Positions 1-9,486 of a DNA stretch of 32,000 nt are shown in pieces (positions within the stretch are counted from its first letter, which is position 1; every line of letters begins with the position of its first letter). A model generated the notes under the pieces. The model was given only the letters and a program-made list of their open reading frames with translations, did not search any database and was not told where the DNA came from. The position numbers were made by a program, and so were the translations under genes. Origin of the DNA: a metagenome; the sequence record ERZ834694.320-NODE-320-length-60649-cov-6.055468; one strand, given 5' to 3'.

Positions 1-35
1 AGGAGAAAGCCAAGGAGTTTCTTGCACTTTTTCAT
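1..35 (-). CDS. Possible 5-prime end of a further minus-strand gene (MKKCKKLLGFL...), cut by window edge
   Basis: ATG at 35..33 with GAAAGG about 8 nt upstream. Basic/hydrophobic N-terminus. Only 11 codons are visible. Confidence 0.2.
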   Translation of the reverse strand, partial: MKKCKKLLGFL

Positions 36-158
36 ATAAACCGCCTTTCTTTTTGCGAAAAGAAAGAACCGCAGAGATCGTCCCCGCGGCTTGATTTCTA
101 TGCAGGCGGCAAGAAGGAGATCCCACGGCCTGTCTTTTCAGTGATTTATCTCGGTCTG

Positions 159-1847
159 TTACGGTTCCAGCGGGGCAATGTGCCAGTCATCCCAGAGACT
201 GCCCCGGATCGTGAGTGAGTCGCTTAGGTTCATGGACAGCATTCCGGCTGGCGTCCAGCAGTCGATGAGCCAGGTGTTCACAGTATACGAGCCATTCGGA
301 TACCAGATAGGGGTAAAATGTGTGCGGCCCCGGTAGGTACTGTACTCGTTTTTCTGAAACTCAAATCGGGTATTGTAGCCGCCGCCCATCTGCTCCAGCA
401 ATCTCCAGAACATCTCATAGTTGAACTCAGAGAAGTAGCTGACTGCATTCTGGGCCGGAGTGGTGGCTGAACTCTGGGTGCTGCTCACATCGGTAGTGAC
501 CAGCTGATTGACCCCGTATCCTGATTTCATGCTTCGGCTGCCAGCAGTGGGATTCTTATTGTCTGGTGTGATGCGCATGGTGGCGGAAAGGCTGGCACTA
601 TAACGGTCCAGATCAAACTCCCACCAGCCGTGATCACACCAATAGCCATCCTCATCATCCCCATGCCATACCCAATACTCATACCACCAGGGACGCCAAA
701 TCGTCCAGTAGTTGGAGGTCTTTTGCTCCCGGCTGGGGATGGATGAAGGAGTGAAGGAGTCGTTCCGGTCATCTGCCACTGGATTGGGAGGGGGGTTCTG
801 GTCCAGGTCTACGATTTTGCAGTTGATCGTCCCATGTGCGTTTCCGGGGCCGGACACTCGGACCGTGATGACCATATCCTGGGGAGTGTCCGGTGTCGTC
901 CAGCGCACCCATGCCAGCTGGGAATCCCCCTCCGGATAATAGACATTGTCCACATGATAGTCCCGGCCATCGATGGTAAAGGTCACACGGGCAGGGTTAT
1001 CCGGGTCGCTTTGGCCGCCGCTTACATCCACCGCAGTGATAACCTCGGTGTTGACCCGGTATTCGTAGTCATAGGTGGTGATGACGGGATCCTCCGGCTG
1101 CTCCTCGAACCGCACGATACCAAGCCCAAGCGAAGACTTGATATCCGCATTGGAGGCGTTTTTGTTGGTCGCTCCGGACCATGCCGGATAGCCAAGATCC
1201 GGCGTTTCCAGGAACATGGACAGCGGAAGGTTTTTGGCGGTCAGCGACCCCATCCAATAGCGGAGCTGGCCTCCCACGATTTCATCATAGAGGACCGCTT
1301 CGGTCGCAGTAGTGGCTATCATGACTCCCTCAAACTTATAATAAGCAATGGGTTCCAGAAGGATCTTGTACTCCCCGCCTATGAGAGTATCGAAGTCCAT
1401 GCCACTATAATTGGCAATAGCCCGAATCACCTGCTCATCTGTAAAGTAACTTTTAATGGCTTCGATGTTATTTCGGCCATTAGTGCTAATAATTCGTGGG
1501 ACGGCTTGAGTTGGTTTAATGCAGGTATAGCTTCCCTGCACAGGGGATAATGCAACCCCGTTGGTATATTGAAGCTTGCTGACCTTCCCAAAATGATAGA
1601 TCGAGGCAGCTGGCGCCCTGTTTGTCAAATCAATAGGAGTAGATACCACTGCATGGTCATCGGACCGGACAATGGTCACCCGAACGCCTTCGTTGCCCGG
1701 ATTCCAGCTGCCGTGGCTGGTGGCGTCCCCCAAGTTACCGCCACCACCGTCAATATTGCCCTCGCCAGTGGCGGCATAGGCGGTCATGGGACATAACAGC
1801 GTGAGTGCCACGGTCATCGTAAGCAGAATGCTCCAGATTCGTTTCAT
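159..1847 (-). CDS. Secreted Trp/Tyr-rich protein of unknown function, last pilus-operon gene in window
   Basis: ORF 159..1871. The ATG at 1847 follows GGAGG. Signal peptide MKRIWSILLTMTVALTLLCPMTAYA. No recognisable catalytic motif. Confidence 0.8.
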   Translation of the reverse strand: MKRIWSILLTMTVALTLLCPMTAYAATGEGNIDGGGGNLGDATSHGSWNPGNEGVRVTIVRSDDHAVVSTPIDLTNRAPAASIYHFGKVSKLQYTNGVALSPVQGSYTCIKPTQAVPRIISTNGRNNIEAIKSYFTDEQVIRAIANYSGMDFDTLIGGEYKILLEPIAYYKFEGVMIATTATEAVLYDEIVGGQLRYWMGSLTAKNLPLSMFLETPDLGYPAWSGATNKNASNADIKSSLGLGIVRFEEQPEDPVITTYDYEYRVNTEVITAVDVSGGQSDPDNPARVTFTIDGRDYHVDNVYYPEGDSQLAWVRWTTPDTPQDMVITVRVSGPGNAHGTINCKIVDLDQNPPPNPVADDRNDSFTPSSIPSREQKTSNYWTIWRPWWYEYWVWHGDDEDGYWCDHGWWEFDLDRYSASLSATMRITPDNKNPTAGSRSMKSGYGVNQLVTTDVSSTQSSATTPAQNAVSYFSEFNYEMFWRLLEQMGGGYNTRFEFQKNEYSTYRGRTHFTPIWYPNGSYTVNTWLIDCWTPAGMLSMNLSDSLTIRGSLWDDWHIAPLEP

Positions 1848-1910
1848 GCATCCTCCTTTCCGGCAAAGCAAAAAGCACGGCGACCGCCGTGCTTTTTGAT
1901 AGGCTGGAGA

Positions 1911-2459
1911 TCAGCCCATGATGCCGATTTTATTTCCATTCTCGTACATATCATCTGCTTCGGTTACATGATTGGCACCGCCATTTGGGACATTATCAAA
2001 ACCAGGAAGGCCACCGCTGGTGTTGGTGGACGGGGGCGGAGGAGGCGGTTCCACCGTATCATGATCTTCCGCATCTGGCTTTCCCTCTACCGGGGTCCCA
2101 TCCGGCTTTTGAGTCGGATCCTTCAGTGCCTCATCATCATATTCCGGTTTTTCTGGATCCCCCTGGATCGTCTGCTCGGTGCCCGAGGCCACGGCCCCGC
2201 TGCCGCTGTTCCCGGTTTCAGGGGTGGATGAAGTATCCGGGGTCTCAGGCTTCACCGTAATCTCCGGATCATCCTTTTCTGGACTAATGCTGCTGTCCGG
2301 CTCATCTACCATCACACCGCCCTGGGAGGAGCAGCTGGGGGGAGGCAGGGTGTCATTGACTGGCTTCTTTTCAAACTGACCAGCTATGATGAACACCAGA
2401 GCAGCGCAGGCGGCCAGACCTCCCGCCACAATCAGCCATTTCTTGGTCGCATTTTTCAT
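1911..2459 (-). CDS. N-terminally membrane-anchored Pro/Glu/Asp/Thr-rich low-complexity surface protein
   Basis: ATG 2459 with GGAGG 8 nt upstream. TM helix WLIVAGGLAACAALVFIIAG followed by PE/PD/PT-rich stretches. Confidence 0.75.
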   Translation of the reverse strand: MKNATKKWLIVAGGLAACAALVFIIAGQFEKKPVNDTLPPPSCSSQGGVMVDEPDSSISPEKDDPEITVKPETPDTSSTPETGNSGSGAVASGTEQTIQGDPEKPEYDDEALKDPTQKPDGTPVEGKPDAEDHDTVEPPPPPPSTNTSGGLPGFDNVPNGGANHVTEADDMYENGNKIGIMG

Positions 2460-2577
2460 GGTTGATACCTCCTTGTTTTACCAAAGCCTCTTGTGGAGAA
2501 CTTCCTTGTTCAAGGCACACCCTACCACAAGAGGTTTCAGAAGTCTATGGGGACAATAGAAAACTTTTTGAAAACTG

Positions 2578-3123
2578 CTAAAACCTCGGCGTATAACCGG
2601 CACTGGTAGCCACGGTGATCCGCATGGCTGGAAGCAGTCTGCCTCCAAAGGAAACAGGTACCTCCAGTTCGATTTCGCAATTGGCAACGAACCGGTTTCC
2701 GGCCCTGTCCCCGCCAGCCAGAGGTGCGTTTTCAATATCCACATCCAGTCCCCACACCCGAAACTCGGTTTTGCCGTCCTCGGTGAATTTAACACGGGTC
2801 CCACCCTGATAGCTCAGGCCCAGTACCTCCTCCAGTCTACCATAAATATCACCATAGTCCAGAGATTCCTCGAAATCTCCGGCCATCGGCTGATACCCCC
2901 CGGAGTAACCTTCCCGGACACCATGATACACATCGTCATAGTTGTCATTGACGGTGGAGATCACCGCAGTCTGCACTGCGTCTCGCACCCCCTGGGCAAT
3001 GATTAGAAGGCGGATGTACTCGCTGATGCCGCAGAAGATGATGACCAGCGCCAGTGTGATGGCGATGGCCAATGGAAAGCCGTTTCCTTTTCGGTCCCGC
3101 AGGATTTCTCGCAGCCTGGTCAT
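2578..3123 (-). CDS. Putative pseudopilin / TadE-like minor pilin
   Basis: ATG 3123 overlaps the upstream stop (ATGA). N-terminus RDRKGNGFPLAIAITLALVIIF is a class III signal-like basic-Gly motif plus a hydrophobic helix. Located in the Tad operon. Confidence 0.6.
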   Translation of the reverse strand: MTRLREILRDRKGNGFPLAIAITLALVIIFCGISEYIRLLIIAQGVRDAVQTAVISTVNDNYDDVYHGVREGYSGGYQPMAGDFEESLDYGDIYGRLEEVLGLSYQGGTRVKFTEDGKTEFRVWGLDVDIENAPLAGGDRAGNRFVANCEIELEVPVSFGGRLLPAMRITVATSAGYTPRF

Positions 3124-3560
3124 TTCCAATACACCTCCGATTTCCCTGTAGCATCCGCCCGAAGTGTAATGGGAAAGCTCCCAAAGCCGCTGAACAGGCC
3201 AATGTTGGTTTCATAGGTGACTGTAACGGCCACCTCTTGGTTGAGCTGAATACGCCCGGTACGGCTCCATGAAATATCGGGGTTAAGCCCAGTCTGCTCC
3301 CGCAGTGCTTGTTCCCGCCGGTCGGTTTCAGAGCCTACCCGCCCGGCGATCTCCGCCTCACGGATCAGCTCGGTGGCAAAGGTGTCCAGCTGCTGTTTGG
3401 CAACAAATACCGGGAAGATCCGCACCGCCAGCGCAATGACCAGCATAGCGCAGAGGACAAGGATACACACATCCAGATATCCCTCGCCGCGCTTTGATCT
3501 AAGGATCTTTTTCAGCACAGCGTCACCCCCGTGTCCATGGTTGCGATTTCCTCCTGACAT
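3120..3560 (-). CDS. Putative pseudopilin (DUF4320-like) with pilin-type SKRGEGYLD leader motif
   Basis: The RGEGY motif matches the two pilins and is followed by a TM helix. The likely true start is GTG 3518 (GGGGGTGA upstream, just after the stop of the preceding gene) rather than 3560. Confidence 0.65.
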   Translation of the reverse strand: MSGGNRNHGHGGDAVLKKILRSKRGEGYLDVCILVLCAMLVIALAVRIFPVFVAKQQLDTFATELIREAEIAGRVGSETDRREQALREQTGLNPDISWSRTGRIQLNQEVAVTVTYETNIGLFSGFGSFPITLRADATGKSEVYWK

Positions 3561-4177
3561 TGAGCATTATATTCATTCAAAATGCTTGAAATGGAGCTTT
3601 CCGATGACAGGTCGGTTTTTCCGCCCAGAAGAAACTGATACAGTGTATCCAGCGGTTCCTCCTGTTGAAGGATTTTGGCCAAGTCCGCATCGTCCAGGTC
3701 ATAGCTGTCATGAATAATAGAGCAGAGCAAATTTTCTTTGGCTGCGGTTTCTGCAGAGTGCTGATAAATTTTATCAGCAGACAGCTGTTTTACCTTGTGA
3801 GCATATTCTTTCATCTCATTTTCCGCGTTGCTGATCAGCTGGTAAATACCATCTTCTTTTTGTGTCTGGCCGTCCGTGCATTCTTCCCACAATGACCAGA
3901 TACAGTGATGGATATCATCGTCATGTACCATGTCAGATCCGTTCTCCTCAACCCATTTGCTGCTCACATCCCCAAGGGGGTCATCCAGAGTCAGAAGGAA
4001 GGAAGCGTCTTCATCACTAATCGTATCAACCAGGTTTTCATGGATGAAGCGGATGGCGGCGATATCTTCCGCCGCCGCAATGAGTTGGGCGGGATCGGAC
4101 GCCATCCACTGCTTGACCTGCCGTTCATAGCTGGCCGACATTTTCTTTTTCAGTTCCTTGTGGTAGTCCACAGGCAT
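3512..4177 (-). CDS. Acidic cytoplasmic protein of unknown function (N-terminus reminiscent of DUF3848-type ICE proteins)
   Basis: 221-codon ORF with no signal peptide or TM segment, very acidic, located between tadC and the pseudopilin genes. The start is ATG 4177 or GTG 6 nt downstream. Confidence 0.7.
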   Translation of the reverse strand: MPVDYHKELKKKMSASYERQVKQWMASDPAQLIAAAEDIAAIRFIHENLVDTISDEDASFLLTLDDPLGDVSSKWVEENGSDMVHDDDIHHCIWSLWEECTDGQTQKEDGIYQLISNAENEMKEYAHKVKQLSADKIYQHSAETAAKENLLCSIIHDSYDLDDADLAKILQQEEPLDTLYQFLLGGKTDLSSESSISSILNEYNAQCQEEIATMDTGVTLC

Positions 4178-4185
4178 CCTCCTCT

Positions 4186-5058
4186 CTAAAACATCCCACC
4201 CAGGGAAGTGATGATCTCATAGACAATGATGGCCAGATAGGTCATCAGAAAACACATCAGCATCAGGAACGAGAACACCCGGATCTTGGGCGGGATCTTC
4301 ATGGCCTGGGCTTTCAGCCTTTGAAGCTCCAGCTGTTTCATGTCATGACTGAGCATCTGGAAGTAGGCGACGCCGTTGTCGCCCCGCAGTACGCCGATCA
4401 GTCCCCGGATTATATCCGACAGGAGGGGTGAATTGAACCTCGCCTCAAACCGGGTCAGCGCGGCCTCATAAGAGCCGGAGCGCATATCTGCGGTGAGAAT
4501 GTCCAGCTCTGCGGCAAAGGTCTGGCCTGCATTGCGCTTATAGGACTCCACCATGCTCAGCACATCCCGGCTGGCGGCCAGTTCCTGAGTGATGGTGGCC
4601 ACAAACCGGGGCAGCTCGGCTTCCACTTCGCCTCGCTTTTCACCCAGCCTTTCATCCGCCCGCCTGATCTCCTTGAAATAAACGGCAATACCCAGAAACA
4701 GAATCACAGGCGCCAACATGGGCAGTACCAGTAGGCATGGGATAATGCCCAGCAGGATAACAGATGCCTTCAGGATGGCAAAGGACGAGTAGACTTCAGG
4801 CGTCATCCCCATGCCCGCAGCGTTCAAGGTGTTTTTGAGGCGGCTTCGCTTATATTCATCCATGTGGATGTGGGGCGCCAGCTTGACAGCCCAGCCCATC
4901 AGGAGGGCTTCCATGCTCCTGGCCTGCTTTTTCTCCTGACGGCCAACGGAAAGCATGGCCCGCTGGGTGGCGAGGCGCGGAAGCTTCAGGAAATCCGCCG
5001 CAATGAAAAACAGGCCCAGAGCCAACAGAGCGCCGAATAGGAAAATCAAAACAGCCAT
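4186..5058 (-). CDS. tadC: Tad pilus inner-membrane platform protein, TadC-like (T2SS-F domain)
   Basis: Polytopic membrane protein. ATG 5058 lies 8 nt after GGAGG. It is paired with a second T2SSF-like gene downstream of cpaF. Confidence 0.75.
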   Translation of the reverse strand: MAVLIFLFGALLALGLFFIAADFLKLPRLATQRAMLSVGRQEKKQARSMEALLMGWAVKLAPHIHMDEYKRSRLKNTLNAAGMGMTPEVYSSFAILKASVILLGIIPCLLVLPMLAPVILFLGIAVYFKEIRRADERLGEKRGEVEAELPRFVATITQELAASRDVLSMVESYKRNAGQTFAAELDILTADMRSGSYEAALTRFEARFNSPLLSDIIRGLIGVLRGDNGVAYFQMLSHDMKQLELQRLKAQAMKIPPKIRVFSFLMLMCFLMTYLAIIVYEIITSLGGMF

Positions 5059-5063
5059 GTCTG

Positions 5064-5993
5064 TCACCTCCGGTATTCAATGGGCTGTGTCAGCTTGATG
5101 ACAAATGCCGTGGAAACGAAAATCACCCCGGCACAGACAGCCAGGATGATTTGACCCATGGCAGTATGCATCAGGGTGTTGAACCAGTCCCTGTTCAAAA
5201 AATAGAGCAAGGGGATATTTCCGACTACCAGCACCTGCATGATGATGAATTCCTTGCGGGGTTCAAACACCATATTTTCCAGCTCGCCGTTGACGATGCG
5301 CATATCGGATAGCTTTGCCACGATGGGTGTGAGGATCGTTTTAAGACCGCGGTCGTGCTGGCAGGCCAGAAGCGCCGCAACCCATTCCCGAAACACCGCA
5401 TTGTCGATTTTGGTACCCATGTCCTGCAGGGCGGCATCCACATCCGGGTCCACCAGCTGGATCCGAGCCAGAAACTCGGCAAACACGCTTTTTACAGGTG
5501 GGTTCAGATACTCCAGGTTTTCCTCCACCGCCGTCTGGATGTCCTCATTGCGCAGATAGGCTGTAGTAATGATGGATAGGGCGGTTTCCAGCTCGGCGGC
5601 AATGTTCTTCTTGTAGTAGGAAGCTGTCAGCTTGATGAACCAGAACGGTACAAACATCATGCCCACAGCCAGCACTGGGACGAGAAAGAAATTGCCCAAC
5701 ATAATGGCGGCAGAAGCTCCCACCACAAAAAGCAGGAGGGACATAGCGCAGATGGCCGGGAACTTGGCCTCGCGCCCGGTCATTTTGAGGATGTTCTGAG
5801 TGTCGGCGATCTCACGGCGCAGAAAAGATTTCTTCTTGCGGTGGGTGAGTTCGTTGATCTCATCCTTGAGGCTTTTGGGCCGGCTGGTCAGACGGCGGAA
5901 CACTCCGTCGGTGAATTCCATCGGCGACAGGCGCAGCAGGATAAAAAAGCCTGTGACCATGCCGATGCAGGCGATCAGTTGGATACTGGTCAT
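5064..5993 (-). CDS. tadB: Tad pilus inner-membrane platform protein, TadB-like (T2SS-F domain)
   Basis: Polytopic membrane protein. Its ATG overlaps the cpaF stop (ATGA at 5990-5993). Confidence 0.75.
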   Translation of the reverse strand: MTSIQLIACIGMVTGFFILLRLSPMEFTDGVFRRLTSRPKSLKDEINELTHRKKKSFLRREIADTQNILKMTGREAKFPAICAMSLLLFVVGASAAIMLGNFFLVPVLAVGMMFVPFWFIKLTASYYKKNIAAELETALSIITTAYLRNEDIQTAVEENLEYLNPPVKSVFAEFLARIQLVDPDVDAALQDMGTKIDNAVFREWVAALLACQHDRGLKTILTPIVAKLSDMRIVNGELENMVFEPRKEFIIMQVLVVGNIPLLYFLNRDWFNTLMHTAMGQIILAVCAGVIFVSTAFVIKLTQPIEYRR

Positions 5994-7654
5994 ACAGTCT
6001 TGCCTCCTTCCTGAAGCGTATTTTTGTCGGTGGCGGCCGTGGTCTTCGCTACCGCGCTGCCTTCAGCGTGGGGGCTGGACTCAGCAGGTACCGTCTGCTC
6101 AAAGCTCTCCATCAACCGGTCCAGCTCCTGCTGAGGCATCCCGTTCTCCACGAACCGTTTTTGTAGGCTCTCAGAGATTGGCGACACCGCTTCATGGACG
6201 CCGTCAATGTGGAACTTTCCATCCTCCAGCCGGTTTTCCGTGATCCGGAACCGATAGAGGGTATTGTATTGGCGGGAGCCATCCGGGAGAGTTTCACACT
6301 CCATGATTTCCATGATTTTTCTGGATTTGTCCTCCAACTGCTTGGCGAACACCGTCACAGGGAACGCCTCGGTGACCAGATCCATCAGGGTATCATCGGC
6401 CATCTCATGCTTTCTCTTGCACAGTGTGACCATACGCCGCCAGGTGGCCTGTGAGCTGTTGGAGTGGATGGTGGTCAGTACACCGTGACCGGTGCGGGCC
6501 GCTTCCTGCGCTGCGTATGCCTCCGCTGAACGCATTTCTCCCACACAGATAATGTCGGGATGATACCGCAGGGCCATGTCCAGCAGCATATCCTGATCCA
6601 CGCTCTGCTTGGCATTCTCCGACTCACGGGTGATGGTGTGAATGACACTATTGGTGACCCGGCCATTTTTCTCTCGCACCAGATCCAGCTCACGGGAGCC
6701 ATTTTCAATGGTGAAGATGCGCTTATTGTCGGGGATCGTGGTGAGCAGCCAGCCGGCCACTGTGGTTTTTCCAGAGCCGGTTGCTCCCGCCACACAGACC
6801 GAGACGCCATACCGCAGACAGGCGGAAAGAAAGTCCAGCATAGGACCTGTGGCTGTGCCGCCCCGGACAAAATCCTCCTTTTGCATATTCTGCGGGTTGA
6901 CGATTCGGATAGAGGCGCAGACTCCCACATCCTCATCCACCAGCGGAGTCTTGAGTACTGCGATACGGATATTTTTGGAGAGATGGCCCAGTACGGCGGG
7001 GCTGGCATTGTCCAGCACCATACCGGAAACATGGAGCATCCTGCGGATCACATTGATGGCATGGTCGGGGCTGTCGAAGTGCTCCTCCAGCTTGACCATC
7101 TGGCCGCTGGAATACAAAACTTCAATATCACGCCAGGAATTGATATTGATCTCCTCAATACCGGAGCCGAAGATGTACTTGGTGAGGAAGCCAAACTCGG
7201 CCATCTCGGTGTAGAGAGCGTCCACCAGCTGTTCCCCGGACAAATCCCTGACAGCAATTCGCCGGTCCTGGACATATTTGCTGATGTATCGCTTGATTTG
7301 CTCCTTGGTATCCGCTCCCACACCATCTGTGATGAGGGTGGAATATTTGCCGGAGATATATTCCTGAACATCCTGCAGTACAGAACTGAAATCCTTACTC
7401 TCACTCTCCGGTGTGAAGAACAGGGAGTGGACCCTCTGGCCAGCAGCTGCTTCCGTGGCAATAGTACGCCGGGGCAGGTCATCTGCATCGGTGAATGCTG
7501 TCGCCGGGGCCTGGGTCTCAAAGGGTGGCTGAACCGCCTCATCCAGAGGAGATCCCTCCAACGCAGCCTCCTGCTTCTCCAAAACAGATTGCGGGGCCTC
7601 AATGGTGCGGCTGCCGGGACCAAACAGAGAATCGTTTCGCTTCTGTCCTAACAT
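5990..7654 (-). CDS. cpaF: Tad/Flp pilus assembly ATPase CpaF/TadA (secretion ATPase superfamily)
   Basis: Walker A GATGSGKTT, IICVGEMR and a His box GHGVLTTIHSNS. ATG 7654 has GGGAGG 7 nt upstream. The long low-complexity N-terminus is typical of Gram-positive CpaF. Confidence 0.92.
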   Translation of the reverse strand: MLGQKRNDSLFGPGSRTIEAPQSVLEKQEAALEGSPLDEAVQPPFETQAPATAFTDADDLPRRTIATEAAAGQRVHSLFFTPESESKDFSSVLQDVQEYISGKYSTLITDGVGADTKEQIKRYISKYVQDRRIAVRDLSGEQLVDALYTEMAEFGFLTKYIFGSGIEEININSWRDIEVLYSSGQMVKLEEHFDSPDHAINVIRRMLHVSGMVLDNASPAVLGHLSKNIRIAVLKTPLVDEDVGVCASIRIVNPQNMQKEDFVRGGTATGPMLDFLSACLRYGVSVCVAGATGSGKTTVAGWLLTTIPDNKRIFTIENGSRELDLVREKNGRVTNSVIHTITRESENAKQSVDQDMLLDMALRYHPDIICVGEMRSAEAYAAQEAARTGHGVLTTIHSNSSQATWRRMVTLCKRKHEMADDTLMDLVTEAFPVTVFAKQLEDKSRKIMEIMECETLPDGSRQYNTLYRFRITENRLEDGKFHIDGVHEAVSPISESLQKRFVENGMPQQELDRLMESFEQTVPAESSPHAEGSAVAKTTAATDKNTLQEGGKTV

Positions 7655-8460
7655 GAAAACACCTCCCGGCATACCTGCTCGATCTCCTTGCGGAAGCTCC
7701 TGCTTTCCTTCATAGTCAGGTCGGAGAGAAGAATGCCTGCGAGGAACTGGGCCTCCAGTTCCTCAGAGTGGGGCAGTATGAAGGCCACATTGCCCAGCGC
7801 CTGTCCAATCTGCTCCCCGGCCTGCTGGGGCTTCACATTGGCCGCGATTTTGTACTGTTTATCCGTATCCCACTTGGCGTCTTTCAGCAGAGGAAGCTGG
7901 CTGGAGAGATAGCTGATGCTCTTAAGGTCTGCATTGGCCAGCCGCAGGACGGAGTCTGCCTCCATCAGCGCCACGGCGGAGAGGATGTCATTGGCAATGT
8001 AGCTGCCGCAATCGATCACCACATAGGGGGCGATTTCACGCAAGCAATCGATGAGTTCTCTGGCCTGCGCTTCACCATAGGGAGGATAGGTGTACTCGTT
8101 TTCGCCCTTGAGCATCCCCAGAATGGTCAGGTATCCCAGCCTTTTGTGGGTAATGAGATTGTTCTTGACCAGGTTTTCGGTCACATGGGCAGCGGCCAGT
8201 ACGCTTCCCAGCGACCGCTCACACTCCAGCTCAGACGCCGGGCAAATACAGGGCAGCATGGGGGCAGTCATATCACACAGGAGCAGGACAACATTTCTCT
8301 TTTTGTCCGCCAGATATTTGGCGATCTTCACCGCCATGGTAGTCTTGCCGCTGCCGGGGCTGCCCCAGACGGCCACTACGCCGCCCTCCTGAAGCTCCGA
8401 GGCTGTGGCTTCCTCGCTGGCAGAGCGGGAGAAAATACCGTTTTTCTTAAATTTCAGCAT
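7648..8460 (-). CDS. TadZ/CpaE-like ParA/MinD-family ATPase
   Basis: Deviant Walker A VVAVWGSPGSGKTT. Located directly upstream of cpaF. TGATG overlap with the cpaB stop. Confidence 0.8.
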   Translation of the reverse strand: MLKFKKNGIFSRSASEEATASELQEGGVVAVWGSPGSGKTTMAVKIAKYLADKKRNVVLLLCDMTAPMLPCICPASELECERSLGSVLAAAHVTENLVKNNLITHKRLGYLTILGMLKGENEYTYPPYGEAQARELIDCLREIAPYVVIDCGSYIANDILSAVALMEADSVLRLANADLKSISYLSSQLPLLKDAKWDTDKQYKIAANVKPQQAGEQIGQALGNVAFILPHSEELEAQFLAGILLSDLTMKESRSFRKEIEQVCREVFSC

Positions 8461-9302
8461 CAGGAAGCCTCGCTTTCATCCGTCGATCCAGCATCCGGAA
8501 CCTCTGCATCCTCCGTTTCTGTAGAGTCAGGCTGCGCACTGTCGCTGGAAGAGTCCTCTCCGGCAGGCTCAGGGGGATACATCTTGGCAATCACCTCATT
8601 CTGCACCGCCAGGAACCGGTCGGCATTTTCGCGGGACCCACGATAGACCAGGGTCAGGTGCAGCTTACCGTCAGCCTCCAGCTCCGCCAGCACGCGGCTC
8701 TGCTCCGGGGAAACCAGCAGCGTTACTGTGGAGGGCAGCTCCCGCTCATCGTCTTCGGAGGGTGCCTCGCCGGTATTGGCGTCATAGCCGGAGGAGGCGG
8801 TGACACTGATGACCTCTACATATTTCAGCTCGGGTGGGATGACGGTCTGGCCCTGCTTTTTGAAATCCGGAGCCACTACGGAAACAATATCTCCGCTCTG
8901 CAGCTTGCCGGACAGACCAGTAGCAAAACTTTTGATGGTGATGGACATGGCCTGCTGGCTTCCATCCAGATTGTACAGGTAGGCGTTGTCAGCGGCAGGC
9001 TCGTCAGATACTTTAGTGTTGATGATATAGTCGCCTGCGGCCAGGTCAGCGGTGGCAAACTTTCCCACGACATTTTCCTTCAGGCGGATCACATTTTCGG
9101 GCAGGTTATAGCCGCCCACTTCTACAGCCTGCACCATATCGGCAGTGATCTCCTCACCAGCCAGAATTGGCTGAGTTACCCGGATGATCTGTTCTTTCTG
9201 GCTGACACTCTTATTGAAAAGAGGCGTCACACCAAAGCAGATCACCAGAGAGAGCAGGATGCAGATAACACCGACAACGGTTCGATTTTTGAACAGACTC
9301 AT
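8460..9302 (-). CDS. cpaB: Flp pilus assembly protein CpaB/RcpC-like (SAF domain), acidic Ser/Asp/Glu-rich C-terminal tail
   Basis: N-terminal TM segment VVGVICILLSLVICFGV and a SAF-like VTQPILAGEEITADMV. The start is ATG 9302 or TTG 9326. Confidence 0.75.
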   Translation of the reverse strand: MSLFKNRTVVGVICILLSLVICFGVTPLFNKSVSQKEQIIRVTQPILAGEEITADMVQAVEVGGYNLPENVIRLKENVVGKFATADLAAGDYIINTKVSDEPAADNAYLYNLDGSQQAMSITIKSFATGLSGKLQSGDIVSVVAPDFKKQGQTVIPPELKYVEVISVTASSGYDANTGEAPSEDDERELPSTVTLLVSPEQSRVLAELEADGKLHLTLVYRGSRENADRFLAVQNEVIAKMYPPEPAGEDSSSDSAQPDSTETEDAEVPDAGSTDESEAS

Positions 9303-9363
9303 AATTGGCAGGTCCTCCTCAGTCAAGATTTGTTATGGGAATGGCGGAATGAATGCCGCCCGG

Positions 9364-9486
9364 TCAGGCGCTGGTCCGCTTGCAGCGGCGGCGCTTACGC
9401 AGCCTGGGAATCAGGATAGCGGCAGCCCCCAGGGGCAAGGCAATGCCGGTGATGGTGAGAATGGCCTTTTTATTCAGCTTCTTCAT
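9364..9486 (-). CDS. 40-aa single-pass membrane peptide with poly-basic tail
   Basis: MKKLNKKAILTITGIALPLGAAAILIPRLRKRRRCKRTSA. The ATG overlaps the prepilin peptidase stop (ATGA) and has GGAGG 7 nt upstream. Confidence 0.5.
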   Translation of the reverse strand: MKKLNKKAILTITGIALPLGAAAILIPRLRKRRRCKRTSA

